Counted from the first letter of the stretch, positions 36,380 through 50,664 are shown. The stretch is 64,000 nucleotides of DNA from Moniliella sp. 'wahieum' (GCA_003971905.1 RSEE01000120.1:124001-188000), one strand, 5' to 3'. Made by a program: numbers and translations. Notes: generated by a model not told the origin, from the letters alone.

Positions 36380-39107
36380 ATGGCCGCCCCCAAGCGCATC
36401 CAGCCCATCCGCGTCCGCCGCTCCCTGCCCGCCGCCGCCGGCGACGATGCGGCGGTGCTCAGCGCCTTTGCGCCCGACGACCGTCTCGTCGCCCGCGTGC
36501 TTCCCGTCGTGCTCACCGACGACCCCGTCCTGTCCGGCCACGCCGAGCCCCTTGTGCCCCCGCGCCGTACGCGCATGCGCACCCGTCCGCCCCACCCTCT
36601 GCTCCCTCTGCTCCCTCCGCTGCTTCCGCTGCCTCGTCGCCCCCATCCCTGTCCCCGACTGTGGCGTGTACGACCCGGGGCTTGTGCCGCGCCCGCGCTT
36701 CTCGGGCCTGCCCGACCCCGCCGCCATCGAGGACACGTCTGACGACGCATTCGAACGCCGCCACTTTAAACTCGAGCGGTCCGAGAAGCGGTTGCGGCGT
36801 CTGGAGATTGACCGTGTGCGCGCGGACCGTGCGTTGCTCGCGACGCGCATCGAGCAGATGCGCGACACACCGCTCAGCGCGCTCCTCCCCTCCCTCGAAG
36901 CAAGGTGGGAACACGAAACTCAGACGCTGGTCCTGTTTGGTCTGATTGCGCCTCGGTCCTCGTCTCCGTTGCCGCGCCCGTCGCTCGACCCGTCCGATCC
37001 GGCTACGGCTACGGAGCTTACCACCCTCAAGGCGGACATGTTGCGCCAGGCTGAGCACGCGCTCGAGCGCCACGATGCCTTGCTTGCCGTCCCGCCACCC
37101 GTGATGGGCAAGACGGTGGAGGAGGACCCTGTGGCGCGCAAACGTCCCCCCCGGGTTTGACGCGCCAAGCACGCGCTCAACGGATTCGCGTAGCCCTCTC
37201 GGCCCCACGTAAGGGCGCCAGTCGTGCCCCCTCGCACGTCGCCCGCCAACGCGCCGTCGCCTCTGTCCGCTCGGCGCGCGCGCGAACGCGAAAGGCAACG
37301 CCAGCGCGTCCATATCTCGGGCCGCACACAGCTCGGGTCCCGGACCGACGCAGCAGGCAAAGTCGAGATCATCTACCAGGAACAGGGCGCTCCTAATATC
37401 CATGCACGTACCTCCGGAGGCCGCTTTGCTGCCAAACCCAAACCAATCCGACCCTGACGCCAACAAGGACCCCAAGTCCACTGCTGCTGCCGCCCAAAGG
37501 CTTCGCCCTAAACCCGACCCGGACGATATCCAGACCAACCCAACCGTTTTAACCGCCACCTCTTCCTCCCTCGCCGCCGCTGCTGTGCCGTCGCGTCCGT
37601 CGCGCAAGAAACTGACTACGACGCGCAAAACGCTTGCGACGGGCAAGCGCGTCGCAAGCACCACCTTGTCCACCACCACCCACCACCACCGCGTCACGCG
37701 CAAGGGCCAAGGGTAAAGCCAGTCGCGCCGAAGCCCAGGCACGCCGTGCGCGCGCACGCGCCGCAGCTCACGCTGCCGTAGCCGCCGCGCACAACCCCGT
37801 GTCGGACGAGATGAAACGGGCCGCTGAGGCAGCGGCCGCCACGGCAGCACTTAAAGCTGCAGAGTTCGTGCGCAGGCTCAAACCCTCGGCCAAAGACGTA
37901 CCGCCGCAGCTACAGCTGCTGCTGCTGCACGCGCTGCTCTTCGTCGTGAGTTGGGCCTTAAGCCGGGACAGACATCCCCCCGACTTGTTGGCTGCTCGGT
38001 TGAAGGCTGTACGCGCTTCGGTCTCTGCTGCCTCGGCTGCCACGCGCCCTGGTCAACCCAGAGTCTCGTTCGATGCCAAGGTCCAGACTTTGGCTAAGAA
38101 AGCGTCGGCGTCGGCGTCGGCTGGCGCGTCGGCAGCGGCAGGCACGTCGGCGTCGGCCTCGGTGTCCCCGGCCCCACGCCCACGCACAAGCGCCGTCACG
38201 CTCCGCCAGCGCAGCCGCGTGCGTTACGCCGAGCAATCCGATTCGGACGTGGACATGGACTTGGACACGGGCTCGGGCGCACCGTCGGAGGAGGAAGCAC
38301 CGCACAGGTACCGTCGTCCTTACTTCCGCTCGTCGCGGATCCCACCCCCCCCTTCCGCCCAGGTGGGCGCGGAACCCGAAGCAGAGGTGCCGCTCACTAC
38401 ACCCTCTGGTCGTCCTGTCCGCGCTGCGGCGCGTAAAAGTCTCCCCGAGATCACCGTACGTTCTGCCGGTTCGAGGACACGCGGTGCACCTTCCACTTCC
38501 ACCTCTGCATCTGCATCTACCTCTACACGCGCGGCTACTCGACGTACGCGTCACTCGGACCCTGCGCCCAGCGCTCCTGCTACCGGTCGGCGTCGGCGTC
38601 GGCGTCAGCTACGCCGCCCACGCGCAGAGTCAAGATTACCCTCCGCCGCGGGCGGGACGAGGCTGGACGCGATCCCACTCCCTCGACTGCTGGTTTGGCC
38701 CAAGGCCCAACCCCGGGCTCTGCCCCCACCCACGTCAACTCGATGTCGATGTCGATTCCCACTCTCACACCGCCCCCGTCGCCGGTCACGCGGCGGACTC
38801 AGTCGTACCGCCCCCCGGGTCTGGGTCTGCTTCTGGGTCTGGGTCTGGGTCTGGGTCTGGGTCTGCTTCTGGGCAGGGCCACAGCGCCTCGGACCCAGCG
38901 GGCGAACCGGGAGACAAGGGGGAGAAGGGCCAGAAGGTGGGATCCGCTTCGGGGTCGGGGTCGGGCGGGAAACGAGCTGGGCGAACGTCCCACCCCCACC
39001 CTGCGTACACCCCCGCGGCCATCAGCGAAGATGAGGCGATGCGGATGTTGCAGGCTGCTTTGGCTGATGACCCCGATGCGCTCGACTTGCTCGGTGGGCG
39101 TGTGTAA
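36380..39107 (+). CDS. SAS4/PEHE-like domain protein (putative histone acetyltransferase complex subunit)
   Basis: gccATG start. EDTSDDAFERRHFKLERSEKRLRRLEIDRVRADRALL resembles the PEHE/SAS4 core. The remainder is basic, low-complexity and frameshifted. Confidence 0.6.
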
Positions 39108-40314
39108 AGTCGTGATGTACACTTGGGCAGGTGCCGCACGAGTATGGGATTTGGGTTGTGGTTGTGGTTTGGGTCTGGTTCCCTCTTTCCATGGCGCATT
39201 GAATCCCATGGTTTCCCCCGGTGTTTCTTCGGTCCTATGTGCTGCTGGTTGGTGGTTGGTTGGGCCGGTCAGGACAGTGGCAGGGAACTAGGCTAAGACA
39301 GGAAGTACTAAGGTCCTCGTAGGTCTGCTGGCATGCACGGCCTGGACAGGACAGGACAGGACAGCGCAGCGCAGAACAGCACAGACGAACCATAGCGTGC
39401 AGAGCACATCCATTGCATGTAGTAGAACTATTAACTCATCGTATAGTACGCTCCGTCTGTCCGTCGGTCCGTCGGCCTGTCGGTCTGTGGGTGTTGGTCG
39501 GTCGGTCGGTCGGATGGTGCATCGCAGCCTGAGATGTTAAGCCGTCGGAGCGGCGTGCTAAAGGCTACTAACCGAGAGGTCTGTGGGTACCGAGAGTACC
39601 GAGTACCGAGTACCGAGTATACTGACCAGTTCCGATTCGTATCCCGATTCTTATGGGGCTACTACTACTAGTTTCGCACACTTTGCCAATCGCATCCCAT
39701 CGCACATGAGCGCGCTTCGCCCCGGCACCCCCCAAAGCGAGAGTCGAGCGAGGGAGGCACGCGTGGCCGGCGCGCGTGGGGTTCGGCCATGGACCACTAC
39801 TGCTACCCACGACTCACAACCGAGATGGAAACTAAATGGGTGGCAAGTAGTTAGGTCTCACCACTGCAGTTGTGAACTGTGAGCTGTGAGCTGTGAGCTG
39901 CGGTGTTAGGGCGTCCGGGCTGCTTAATGATCCGAGCGGCCGTCGAGAGAACCAAGCGAGAGAAAGAGAAAGAGAAAGAGAAAGAGAGTTACATTGCACC
40001 TCCGCCCCCCACACACCCCTTCCCTGTCCCTGTCGACGGCCATATAATCCGGCTTGTTGGGTACCTCGTTCCTTCATGTGCCAGAACCCGTACGCCCCTG
40101 CCCCCGACAATACACGCTACACGCTACACAGTACACGCTACACAGTACACGCTACACGCTACACAACCCCTCACTCCGAACCCGCACCCCAACCCTGGCC
40201 TTGTACCTTGTGGAAACCAAATCCAATCGCACCGCCCCAAGGACAGAGTACAAAGTACAAGCGCAAGTACAGGCACAAGCACAAGTACAGGCACTTGCAG
40301 TGCTCAACGACGCA

Positions 40315-42357
40315 CTACGCCTGCTTCACCGCCGCGGGCCCAGCAGGCCCAACAACGCTTCTTGCTGGCTCGTCTCGTGCGTGGAAGCTGCAGACACAGG
40401 CCCAGACACAGGCCCAGACACAGACATAGACACAGGCGCAGGCGCACCAGCAGCAGACCCCGGTGCCGACTGGAGCAGGTTCAACAGAGCCCGACTCTGG
40501 TCCACCGAGGCACCACCACTGGACCCTACCATACCCACGCCTTGGCCCTGCCCAGGTAGTTGACCAGGTACCTGTCCAGGCACCTGCGGGAACTGCGGGA
40601 ACTGCCCAGGAACTGCCCAGGGAACTGCGACGGGAACTGCCCAGGGAACTGCGACGGGTACGGCGTAGAGAATTGCCCGGGCACCGAACCCGAACCCGAA
40701 GTCGATACCGGTACCGGTACCGAAGGCGACGGAGCGTGCGGACCCGTCGTCGGCGGTGACAAGATGCCCAACAAGGCTTGTGCCTGCGTCGGAGCCTGCG
40801 TCGCCTGGGGTGCAGCCTGGGGGGCGTTCTGGGGGGCGGTCTGGGGGGCGGTCTGGGGTGCAGCCTGGGGGCCGCAGTAGAGGGCAGAAGCAGGCCTAAC
40901 AATGTCTGGGTTTGCCCTTGCGGTTGCCCTTGCGGTTGCGTGGGCAGTTGTGGTGGCGGCTGCGCTGACGCTGGCTGTTGCACTTGTGGTTGCACTTGCA
41001 TTTGCGGGTACGGGTGCGCAGGCGGCTGGGCAGGGGGCGGAGGGTAGGCAGCATAGGCAGGGTAAACAGGGGGCGAAGCAGTGGTCGTAGGCGCACCCAG
41101 GTGCGAGGCTAATAGCGAAGGTGCAAGCGGGGGGAAAGGTGTCGCTGACGAGTACGGCGGGGGCGTAGACGTGATGTGGACGTGGGGAACGGCGGATCAG
41201 CGAGACAGGAAGCGGATGAGACGCCGTCGTCGACGTCGTCGACACGGGGATGCCCAGGAGGCTGTTCAGGAAGTCGTTGTCGGACGCTGGCGGGGTAGGG
41301 TCGGTGGGCGCGGATGCGGATGCGGGCGTGAGCGCGTCGGTGCTAGCAGTCGCGGTTGCAGTTGCAGTCGCGCCGTGTGTGTCGGGCGGGCGCAAGGGAT
41401 GCTCGCCACGGTGGGCGGCAATCCACGCGCGCAGCCGGTTGACAAACGGGGCGACTGGTAAAACTTTGTCCGTTCGTCGTCCGTTCTTCCCGAGCGGCGT
41501 TATTCTTGGACGTCGGCAGCGCCGTCGAGCGGCAACCAACCAATCTTGCTATCTCCTTGCGCGTCAGGTCTTGAACGGGAAACTTTCTTCCCACCTGGCG
41601 CAATGTACAGTCGGATCTTGTGGCCGTCCTTGAGATTGACGTCAAGGTAGTCGTCGTTGCTGCCGTCGGGACGGGTGGTAAGGTCCAGGATCGGAGCACA
41701 GTCGTACCCCGTCTCCTCGTGCACCTCACGCACCGCACACACAAGCTCCGCCTCGTCTTGGTTGATCTTCCCCTTGGGGAAGGTCCAGGTGGGCGACTTC
41801 CACCCTTGACCAGTAGGACCTGTTCGTGCCACACACGCACACACACACACACACAGGTCAATCGATCGGTCTCGCAGCAGCACGGCAGCACACCACGCAC
41901 CTTGTCCCACGTCTGGTTGAGCAGGATGGCACCGCACACGGGCACACGCAGTCTTACTTCATAAAGCTGTCGAACGCTGCGTTGAGGTCGCCGTGCTGGG
42001 CAGAGAGGTAGTTCTGGATCAGCGGCACGGCCTGGGCGGCGTGGTGAGCAGGTGGACAGAGAAGGTGCGCAGCTTCTTCGACGCCAGATGGGGGTTGATG
42101 GGCCGCACAAAGTCCTCGTAGAACCAGTGGCTAGGGAAGCACGTCAGCGGCGGGAAACCGGGGGGGTTAGGGTTAAGCTTTAAGGGGCTAAGGGACGTAC
42201 GCCTGCTCGCACTGGAAGTAGATGCGCTCGAGGCTGGCGAGCTCGCTGGCGGGGGTTGACGACGAAGCGCACGGCGAGGTCTTCGAGGATGCTCGAAGGA
42301 GAGCACGGCGAGGGGGCTGCTGGCGGTGGCCGGCGGGGGGCACGCGGCGGTGGCCAT
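40315..42357 (-). CDS. DCP2: mRNA decapping enzyme catalytic subunit
   Basis: Box A EDLAVRFVVN..SLERIYFQCEQA/HWFYEDFVRP, RVPVCGAILLNQTWDK/VLLVKGWKSPTWTFPKGKINQDE, and the Nudix box CAVREVHEETGYD. Confidence 0.93.
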
Positions 42358-42683
42358 GGCGGGGGCGATGGTGGTGGTGGTGGGGGCTAACTTGAGGCGG
42401 AAGCAGCCGCCGACAGGAGCAGTGCGGGCAACCCTAGCGCCGCCCCCAACCCTACTGTAGGGAGGGGCGGTGTGATAGCACATCACACGTGACATGCCTG
42501 TGACACGCATGCTGAGGGTGTGCGTTGAAAGCCCACCGGCGCTTGGCGGGGTTAAGCCTCGGCCTTCGATCCGTGTCCCCTGCCCGAGGCTCAACAACCC
42601 CCCCAGCAGCCCCAGCCGCTTGCCCGCCATCCAGAAGCTCCTCCCCTCCACCACCACACCCCTCCCCGCTCGGCCATCCGCCC

Positions 42684-43367
42684 ATGTCTGCCTCGGTGCG
42701 TCGCCTCTTTGTCCCCGCGTCGCCGCTGACCCCCTAAACCCTTAACCCAGAACCCACCGTCGTCCACGTCCCCCACTCGCGCCAGGTCACCACCACTGCG
42801 CTCAGGCCTGGCGCAGTACCATGCCCACCTCGACCGCCCGCCGCGCACCGTGCGCGCCGAACGGGCGGCAAGCAGCTGGTCATCGTCTAACACCGTCATT
42901 CGCTCGCTGCTGTATGCGGCGCAGGAGGAACGGTGCTAGTACCGGGCATCTCGCCTGCGCTCGCAGCCGCCGGCCCTGCCGGCTTGGACGCTGCCATCGT
43001 CGCTGGCGGGCATGCGGGCGCGCACGCCTCCCCCCCATGTCCCTGTCATCTACTCGCCCAGTCTGCCGCTCTTGCTGCCCTCGGCACTGGGCTTCTCTCT
43101 CTGGGCCGCCCTGCGCCCCTCACGCGCGTCACCGCCCGCGCTCCCACGCGTGCGCCGCATCGACCGCGTCATGCTCCCCCTCTTCCAGCTGCATGCCGCC
43201 GAGGCACTCGCCATGTGGATCTACAACATCACTGTTCGCCGCGCATCCGTACGCATCGCCTCCCTCTGGGCCCTCAACCAGCTCATAATCGGCGTCCTGT
43301 CCTTCCCGGCGTACTGGAAACTCAACCCGCGCTCCTTGGCCCTCCGCCCGACACGCACCGCAACTAA
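42684..43367 (+). CDS. Small membrane protein, probably DUF2470 N-domain plus TMEM254-like C-terminal helices
   Basis: LFQLHAAEALAMWIYNITVRRASVRIASLWALNQLIIGVLSFPAYWKLNP shows the 'H..EA....W.....G' pattern. The N-terminal part is heavily frameshifted. Confidence 0.5.
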
Positions 43368-43766
43368 TAACGAGATCAAGCAACGTCCAACCCCAGCGCA
43401 GGCGAACAGAAGTCTTCCCGTCCACTTCTTTTCCTGTCTGCTTGTGTGTGTGTCTTTCTTTCTGTCTTCTCTGTGTGTGTCGGTCTGCGTTCTTTGTTTC
43501 CCCTTCTCCATCTCCCTCTCCTTCTGAACCTCTATCGCCATCGCCATCACGTGACCATGGCCATCGCCATGGCCTGGCCTGCCGCAGAGGTGTGGACAGG
43601 GTATACATAGTGGAGGAAGTGCCCGAGTACAGAGTACCAAGTGGAGCGAGCGCTAACGCTGAGATTGGCCCCGAGAGTTGAGAGTTGAGAGGTGAGAGTT
43701 GAGTTAAAAGTTGAGTGCAGAAGTGAGAAGTGAAAACTGCGAGTTGCTCAGCTCCATGACCCTTGC

Positions 43767-45524
43767 TTATGGATCCTCGTCCAGCGGCGCAATCTGGTGA
43801 GCCGGAAAGGCACGTGGGTCAGAGAGGCAGACCCAACCACAGAGAGAGAAGGTAAGGGTGGGAGCGGGCCAAAGCAAAGCAAAGCAACGGGAGGGAGGGA
43901 GGGAGGGAGACGTACATTGTACCCAATGCTAGGCAACAACTTATGGCCCGTACCATCTTTCCACACGGCAAACGATACAGGCACCATACACTGCACCGAC
44001 AAGTACCCAGCCTCATCCAATACCATGTGGATCTTGGATGTCGCCGTCGCCGTGAGCGCACGCACCAACTGCGCAAACGGCCCAAACGAATACTCGTACG
44101 GCCCAGCCACCTCCTCACACTGGTACAACCGTACATGACTCGCTGTCGAAACCAACTCCGCAACCATGTTGCCCAAGTCCGTCTCGGCTTCAAGGCGAAA
44201 CGTTCCTGCCCCACCAGTAGTACCTTTACCCGTCGCTGTCCCATCACGCGCACCCCCACCACCATCGCTACTGGGACGCGCACGCGAACCAGCGCCGGCA
44301 CTGGCGCTGGGCGGGTGGAAGGTAATCCGCACACGGCGGCAGGAAGGATGGATGCTCTGCAGCACGGCAGCGAGCCAATCGGCATCGGTCACCATCTTGG
44401 CTAGCTTGCGTCGGTCCATGTTGAATTGCGCCGGGTACGTCGGGTCGGCAAGCGAAAGCGCAAGTGAACAGTGCGCTACCACTCCGTTTCTTCCAGCCTG
44501 CAACACCACACGTACATGTACACACACATGTACAACAACGTACACACACACGTACAACATGTGTCCGTGAGTCCAGTCGACAGTCGAAGTTGGTCGGGTC
44601 GCAGTGGGAAGGGAAGGGCAGGGAGAGTAGGGGGCGAGCTAGGATCAGCGGATGACATGTACACACGCCAAATACAGACGCCAAAGCGCCGAGAAGCAAA
44701 AGGAAGAGAAGAGGAGGAGGAAGGGACGTACATGAGATTAAGGCATTCAGCCTGCTCGTGCTCGAGAAAAGCGTAAAGGCAGTGAGCGAGGTAGACTTGC
44801 GGTCACTAAAGATATCGACGGAACGGTAGACACAGTCGCCTTGGACGTCGCTGTCTCGCCCACAGCAGTGTCCGACGTCATCACGCCCCACGACGGACCA
44901 CCAAACACCTCGAGACATTCCAGTAGCAAGCGCAGATCGAGCGTTAGACGGTGCCCAGTCCCAGGTACAGGCCCACGAAGCGCAGCGGGCGCTTGCCCAA
45001 ACGTATCGTCTGCTTGCGGCCCAGCACCGGAGGCTGCCACGCCCGCACCAACCCCCGCACCACCACCTGCGTCCCAGCCCGCATGCACTTCGTACTTGGG
45101 GAACCGCAGCGGTCAATGTACGCAAACACTGTGCTCCCGCCACACAACACACACCAACAACACACAACACAACACAGGTCAACAGGTCAGCACGAGCACG
45201 CCCAGGTCCAACGACACAGCTCCCGCGCGGACGACGCAGGGGAAAACAAAGGCAAAGGCAAATGCAAATGCAAATGCAAAGGACAAGGGAGCAGTAGCAG
45301 GAATAGGAGCAGAAGCAGGAGCAGGGGGGGACACTACCCAGTAATCCGGCTGCGGCACAACAGAGAAACAGAGGTAGCGCGGTCGACCTGGCATGTGACG
45401 GGGGTAGGACCAGTGGCGCTTGACGACACGGCCGGTAACGCACGTAGCGCATTCGCTAGCAGACGCACGTCGCAGCACTCGGCCCGGAACGCCTCGGCAA
45501 CACAGGTGGCGAGGCTGATGCCAT
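43767..45524 (-). CDS. RAD1: 9-1-1 checkpoint clamp subunit Rad1/Rec1/Rad17
   Basis: AFRAECCDVRLLANALRAL, TVFAYID, LDLRLLLECLEVFG, KMVTDADWLAAVLQSIHPSCRRVRITF, FRLEAETDLG, SKIHMVLDEAGYLSVQCMV. Last exon IAPLDEDP*. Confidence 0.85.
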
Positions 45525-46329
45525 TCGGAGAGGGGTGGGAGGGTAGGAGGTGGGGGAAGAAGGTCGGGCAAGGCGAGCAAGGCACGCAGCGCGGTGGGGG
45601 CAAGTCGTGGCCCAAGGCAGATGGGCTATGGCGATGGGCGATGGAGATGGGAGATGGGAATGGTGGCAGGACACGCGGCCAAGGCGTGCCAGCACGCCCG
45701 AAAGAGAAGAAAAAGAATCGGGTGCCCACCGGACTCGAACCGAGTGTCGCCTCAACCCTAGCCCCGGCTGTGTGGTGATCGATGATCCTGCGGTGCGTGG
45801 GGTTACGCGTTGCGGTTAGTGGGCGAGCACAGCGCCAGCGGGTCGGGGTGATCGATCAGCTAGCTACGCGCTTGATCCATCCACCGCACGGACCCCCCCC
45901 CACGACTCGACGCTTAGCATCCGATGACTTCGTCTTCTCTTTTCCAGGTTATCGATACCGAGAGTACTAACGCGCGAGGTGCAACGTTCATTCATCATTC
46001 AATGCACCTTCCTAGCGCGCAGACACCAGACATGACGTGACAGGAAAACTGAAATGGAGGTGCACAGGGACTGACTGAGAAAGAAAAAGAGAGAAAGAGA
46101 CAGGGAACAAGAGATAGGCACAAGAACAAGAAACAGAGAAGGAGAAAGACGAACCCCCAAAAAACATAGGGGGAGACAGCAAGAGAAAGAGAAAGAAAGA
46201 GACAAACTGGGCAAAAGAAAGAGCAAAAGGGCTTGAAGATGGGAATGGGACGAACGGGAAAAAAAAGCACAGGCAAGAGAGGAACCCCCCACGAGTACCT
46301 TGGTCCTGTACCCGTAGGCTCCGAGCGTC

Positions 46330-49300
46330 TCAGTTGCCTCGTGTCCTGGTACACACTACAGTCGTCCGGGCTGGGCGCGCGACTGTAGGTGAACGAGTGG
46401 GCGCGGGAGCGGGCCGAAGTGGGCGCCGAAGCAGGCACCGAAGCAGGTACCGAAGCAGGTACCGAAGCTGGGGCCGAGCCAGCCACCGAGCCCGACACGG
46501 ACGCCGACGCGGACGCCGAGATGGTGGAGGGATGGTGCGAGTCGAGCTCGGTAAAGTGGTCGTCAAAGTAGTGCGCGGCGGTGGAGCGGGGCGTGTGGGG
46601 CACGGTACCCGTCTGGCCTGGGCCGAAGCAAAGATCGAGTAAGCCACCAGCCCCGTCCAGCCTGTCTGGTGCGACGCGCCCAGCCCCTTGCCCGTATCGC
46701 CATGGAAAAATTCATGGAACAGCGTCAAGTCGCCAATGCGTAGTCCAAAAATGGTACCCGCCATTTGAGGGTCGTCGACCGTCGCGTCCCGCACAAAGAG
46801 CGAAATCAGCCGGTCTTGCACTCACTCGCTACTTCTCCTAGCGTCGCCTCGTCCCCCGACCCAGTTGGAAACTCCACAAGGAATGTGTCCCCATAGTACT
46901 GGTAGAACCGCTGCAGACTCTCAATCAACAAAAAGTTCACCGCCAACCAGATCGGCCCACGCCAATTCGAGTTGCCACCAAACATGCCCGACTTGGAGTC
47001 CCAGGCCAGTAGCCCGCAGAAAACTCTTGCCGTCAATCACCGTCGAGAAGGGCTGGTCGTGGTGGTACTTGGACAACGACCGAATCCCATACGACGACAA
47101 AAATTCCGTCTCGTCCAGCATCCGACGTAAAATGTGGTGCAGCCGGTCCTCATTGACCATCGCAAGTAACCGCCGGTCCCCCTTGCCCGCAGTAGACATG
47201 TTGGCAATGTTGCGCTCGGCCAGCTCGGCACGGTTGTCGAGGAACCACTGCATCCGCCGCGCAAACGACGGGAACCGATCCAACACCACCGGCTCAATCG
47301 TCAGCGTCGCATACAGCGGCATCAGACCTACCAGCGACCGTAACGGGATCAACTGCGACGCGCCGTTGCCCCACGAAATCGCATCGTAGTAAAACTTGTC
47401 CTCCTCGGACCACAACGATACATCTTCCTCCTCGTCCGCTTGCCGGTACGTCATCGCGTCGGAAATGTAAATAAAGTGCTCAAAAAACTTGCTGGCAATG
47501 TCCTCGTACGTAGCATTGTGCTCGCCAGCTCAAGCGCCATGCTCAGCATCGTCAAGGCATAAAACGCCATCCATGCCGTCCCGTCCGCTTGACGCAGCTT
47601 GCCTCCCATCGGCAACGGCTCCGAACGGTTGAACGGCCGATATTGTCCAGCCCCAAAAAGCCTCCTTCAAACACCCCCGATCCATCGGCGTCCTTCCGGT
47701 TGCTGTGAGTATGCCGTCCCAGCCAGCCCAACGAGGTCAGCATCAGAGCTCACACATCTGTCGTGTACGCGCCAGGAAAACAAACAAAAAAAGCAAAAGA
47801 AAAAAATGGGAGGGACAAAACAGAGAGAAGAGGGGTGTGCTGAGGGAGAGAAGTATACGTACGTCCACCAGGTAAAGTTGAGCAGCAACTTCTGGAACAC
47901 ACGTTCTAAGAACGCCAAGTCTTCGTGGCCATGCAGCTTGCGTTCAATCTTAAACACCCGCAGCGTCGCCCACGCATGCACGGGCGGGTTGACATCCGAA
48001 AAGGACCATTCGTACGCGGGCAAGGCCCCGTCGGGCTTCATGTACCACTCGCGGGTAAAGAGGTCAAGTTGTTTCTTGGCAAACGCAGGGTCGATCAACG
48101 CGAGCGGGATGCAATGGAACGCCGTGTCCCACACAGCGAAAAACGGGTACTCCCATTTATCCGGCATAGACAGAATGTCCTCCGCGTGCAAATGCCGCCA
48201 CGCACGGTTGCGCACCTGCTTGCGTTCCGGCGGCGGCGCAGGCTGCGACGGATCACCCTTGATCCACTCGGTCTGCACAAACTGGTAAAACTGCTTGTTC
48301 CACAACATCCCGGCCAGCGCCTGCCGCATCACGGATTTCCGCTCGTCGCTCTCCGCACTCAGTGGGCCACCCACATCCAGACGCGCATAAAGTCGTCCGC
48401 CTCTTGGTGCCGCGTCTCAATCGTCTGGTCCAACGCTTCATCATCATCGATCGTTTCGTCCCCTCGGGCGTCTGGGCGTCAACTTGAGCCGCACCACCGC
48501 GCACCCGCCCTGTGCAGGAACAGAACGGAACACGTAATGCGCACCCGCTTTCGTGCCTACATTGGCTGGATTGACATAGTCCCGCGTTCGCTCCGTCGTC
48601 TGCACAAAGTTCCTCTTCTTTCCACTTCCGTCTCCACCTCCTCCGGCTGCAGCTCCGTCACTTCCTCGTACTCGCTCTCCTCTGACGGCACAGCACCTCC
48701 ATCCAGAGTGAAGCCTCGCCGGGTGGTGTGGCATCCGTCTCACCGTCTGCCGGGGCCTCGGGCGTGCCTGGCCTCCGTCGAAGTAGCCTGGGCAGGCTCG
48801 TCCTGCGTCGGCGCGGCGGCAGCAGGAGCCTCGGGGAGAGGACGAACAATAAGATGAAGAAGGCTGGGGCGCTTTGGGGCGACGGACGGTAACCGGCGTT
48901 TGGATAATGGGGGCATTTCTTCTTGACCAGGCGGGTGTGGCGCACGGGCTTGGGATGGTCCTTTTCCAAGCGGTGACGAAAGATGATGTGGTCGTGAAAC
49001 GCATCCTTGGCGTATGTGTGGGCATTCTGGCCATCATACAGACGCTCAAAATTGGTCTCGTTCTCGGTAAACAGCATCTCTGGTACCCACCTCTCGTCCG
49101 AAACCAGCTGCGCCTCTTGGCTGCCCGCAGGCATCGGTAAGCTCGGAGCAGGGGAGGAGGAACAGTAGAGAAAGTACCGTCCTACGTTTCGTGGTCCGCT
49201 TGCACCACCGTCTCGTCCACCAGGCGCAACGAAGGTTTGTCCGCTTTGGCCTCGTCCCAACTCCATGTGTTGCGGAAAAAGAGTTGCGGAATAATATGCA

Positions 49301-50664
49301 GGTCAGCAGGCTCGGGGCCACGGTGAACGAGAAATGCGGATCGAGTTGGCATTCTCCTCATCGTCGTCTTTGGCATACTCAATGATCACGTCCCAGTACC
49401 GACCCTCATCGAAAATGTCCGTATCGGTAATCTCAAACTCGTTCACATCCCGACTCCGGTTCGTCGACTCGCGCACCAATTGCTCGTACGGGTACTCGAC
49501 CTGCGGGTACTTGTAGATGTACTTTTGGTACGAATGCGTCGGCGTATTGTCCGCGTACCAGTACAGCTCCTTGACATCTTCCCCATGGTTGCCCTGCGGA
49601 TTGGCAATCCCAAACAACCGTTCTTTCAGAATCGCGTCCTTGCCGTTCCACAGCGCCAGCGAAAAGCCCAAGCGGCAATGCGTGTCGGTGATCCCTCCCA
49701 ACCCATCTTCGCCCCACCGGTACGCTCGCGAGCGCGCCATCTCATGAGGAAAGTGCGCCCAGGCATCACCATTGCTCGAATAATCTTCCCGTACCGTCCC
49801 CTGCCCTCCCGCACGCCCACCAAACACAAAAACCGATTCGAAAACGGATTCGACAGATCAGGTCAAGATGGTCAGTATTATACTATGCCGCTCCTCCTCC
49901 GCTCACGTTGTCCGACGCAGCAACCACACAAACAAAAAAAGGAGAACGGCCCCGCTCAACGCACCCATTGTCGTTCGCTCAGGTAAGGTCCCCAGCGTTG
50001 CCAGTACCGCTCCTTGCGATAGTTCTCTTCCAACCGTGCATTCTCCCGCGACGTCCACAGCACCGTCGAGGGGAGATAGGCCGTAGGACGACGAAAGTTA
50101 GCATGCGCAGCGGCGGCCTCGGCTTCCGCACTCGTCTCCACATCCTCTGCCGTCGCACTGGCCGTACGACTGCCGCCCCCAACACGGCCCCGGTGACTGC
50201 GGTCAAACGTCGCATCGGTATTGCCAGAAAGAATGGACCCCATGTCGTCCGTCTCGGTGCCAGCTTGGGACAGATGCTCAAACGCGTCGTTGCCAGTGCC
50301 CGTGCCCGTGCCAGTACCAGTACCGGCGCGGCTGCTGGGCACTGACGCTCGGCGCTCGCGAGGGCGAGCGCAGCTGCGTGGCCAGCCGATCGAGGTCCCG
50401 CTGCGCAAGCATCAGGTTGTCCTGCGTAAAGAAGGAACCGCGCGACACGGCCGGCGGACGGCGCGCTTGCAGTGCATCAGGGTGCCGGCGCGGCGTGCTC
50501 TTGCTGTGCTTGTGGGCGGGGTAGCCCGAGGGCGTGACGGGCGTGGTGAGGCTCGGCGTCTGTCGTAGCTCGGCCTCGGACGGCGGGAGGGGCAGCCGCA
50601 GTGACAGGCCAGCGGCCGCGGGCGTGGGCGTGGGCGTCGGGGTGGGCGTCGTGCGCCCAGCCAT
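46330..50664 (-). CDS. Glycoside hydrolase family 63 (YMR196W/MGH1-like)
   Basis: [98 protein letters not shown]. Several introns. 3' end approximate. Confidence 0.92.

Noticed and set aside
42165..42190. GGGTTAGGGTTA telomere-like motif or telomerase template
   Set aside because: Only about two units, inside a DCP2 intron where CTAAC serves as a branch site.
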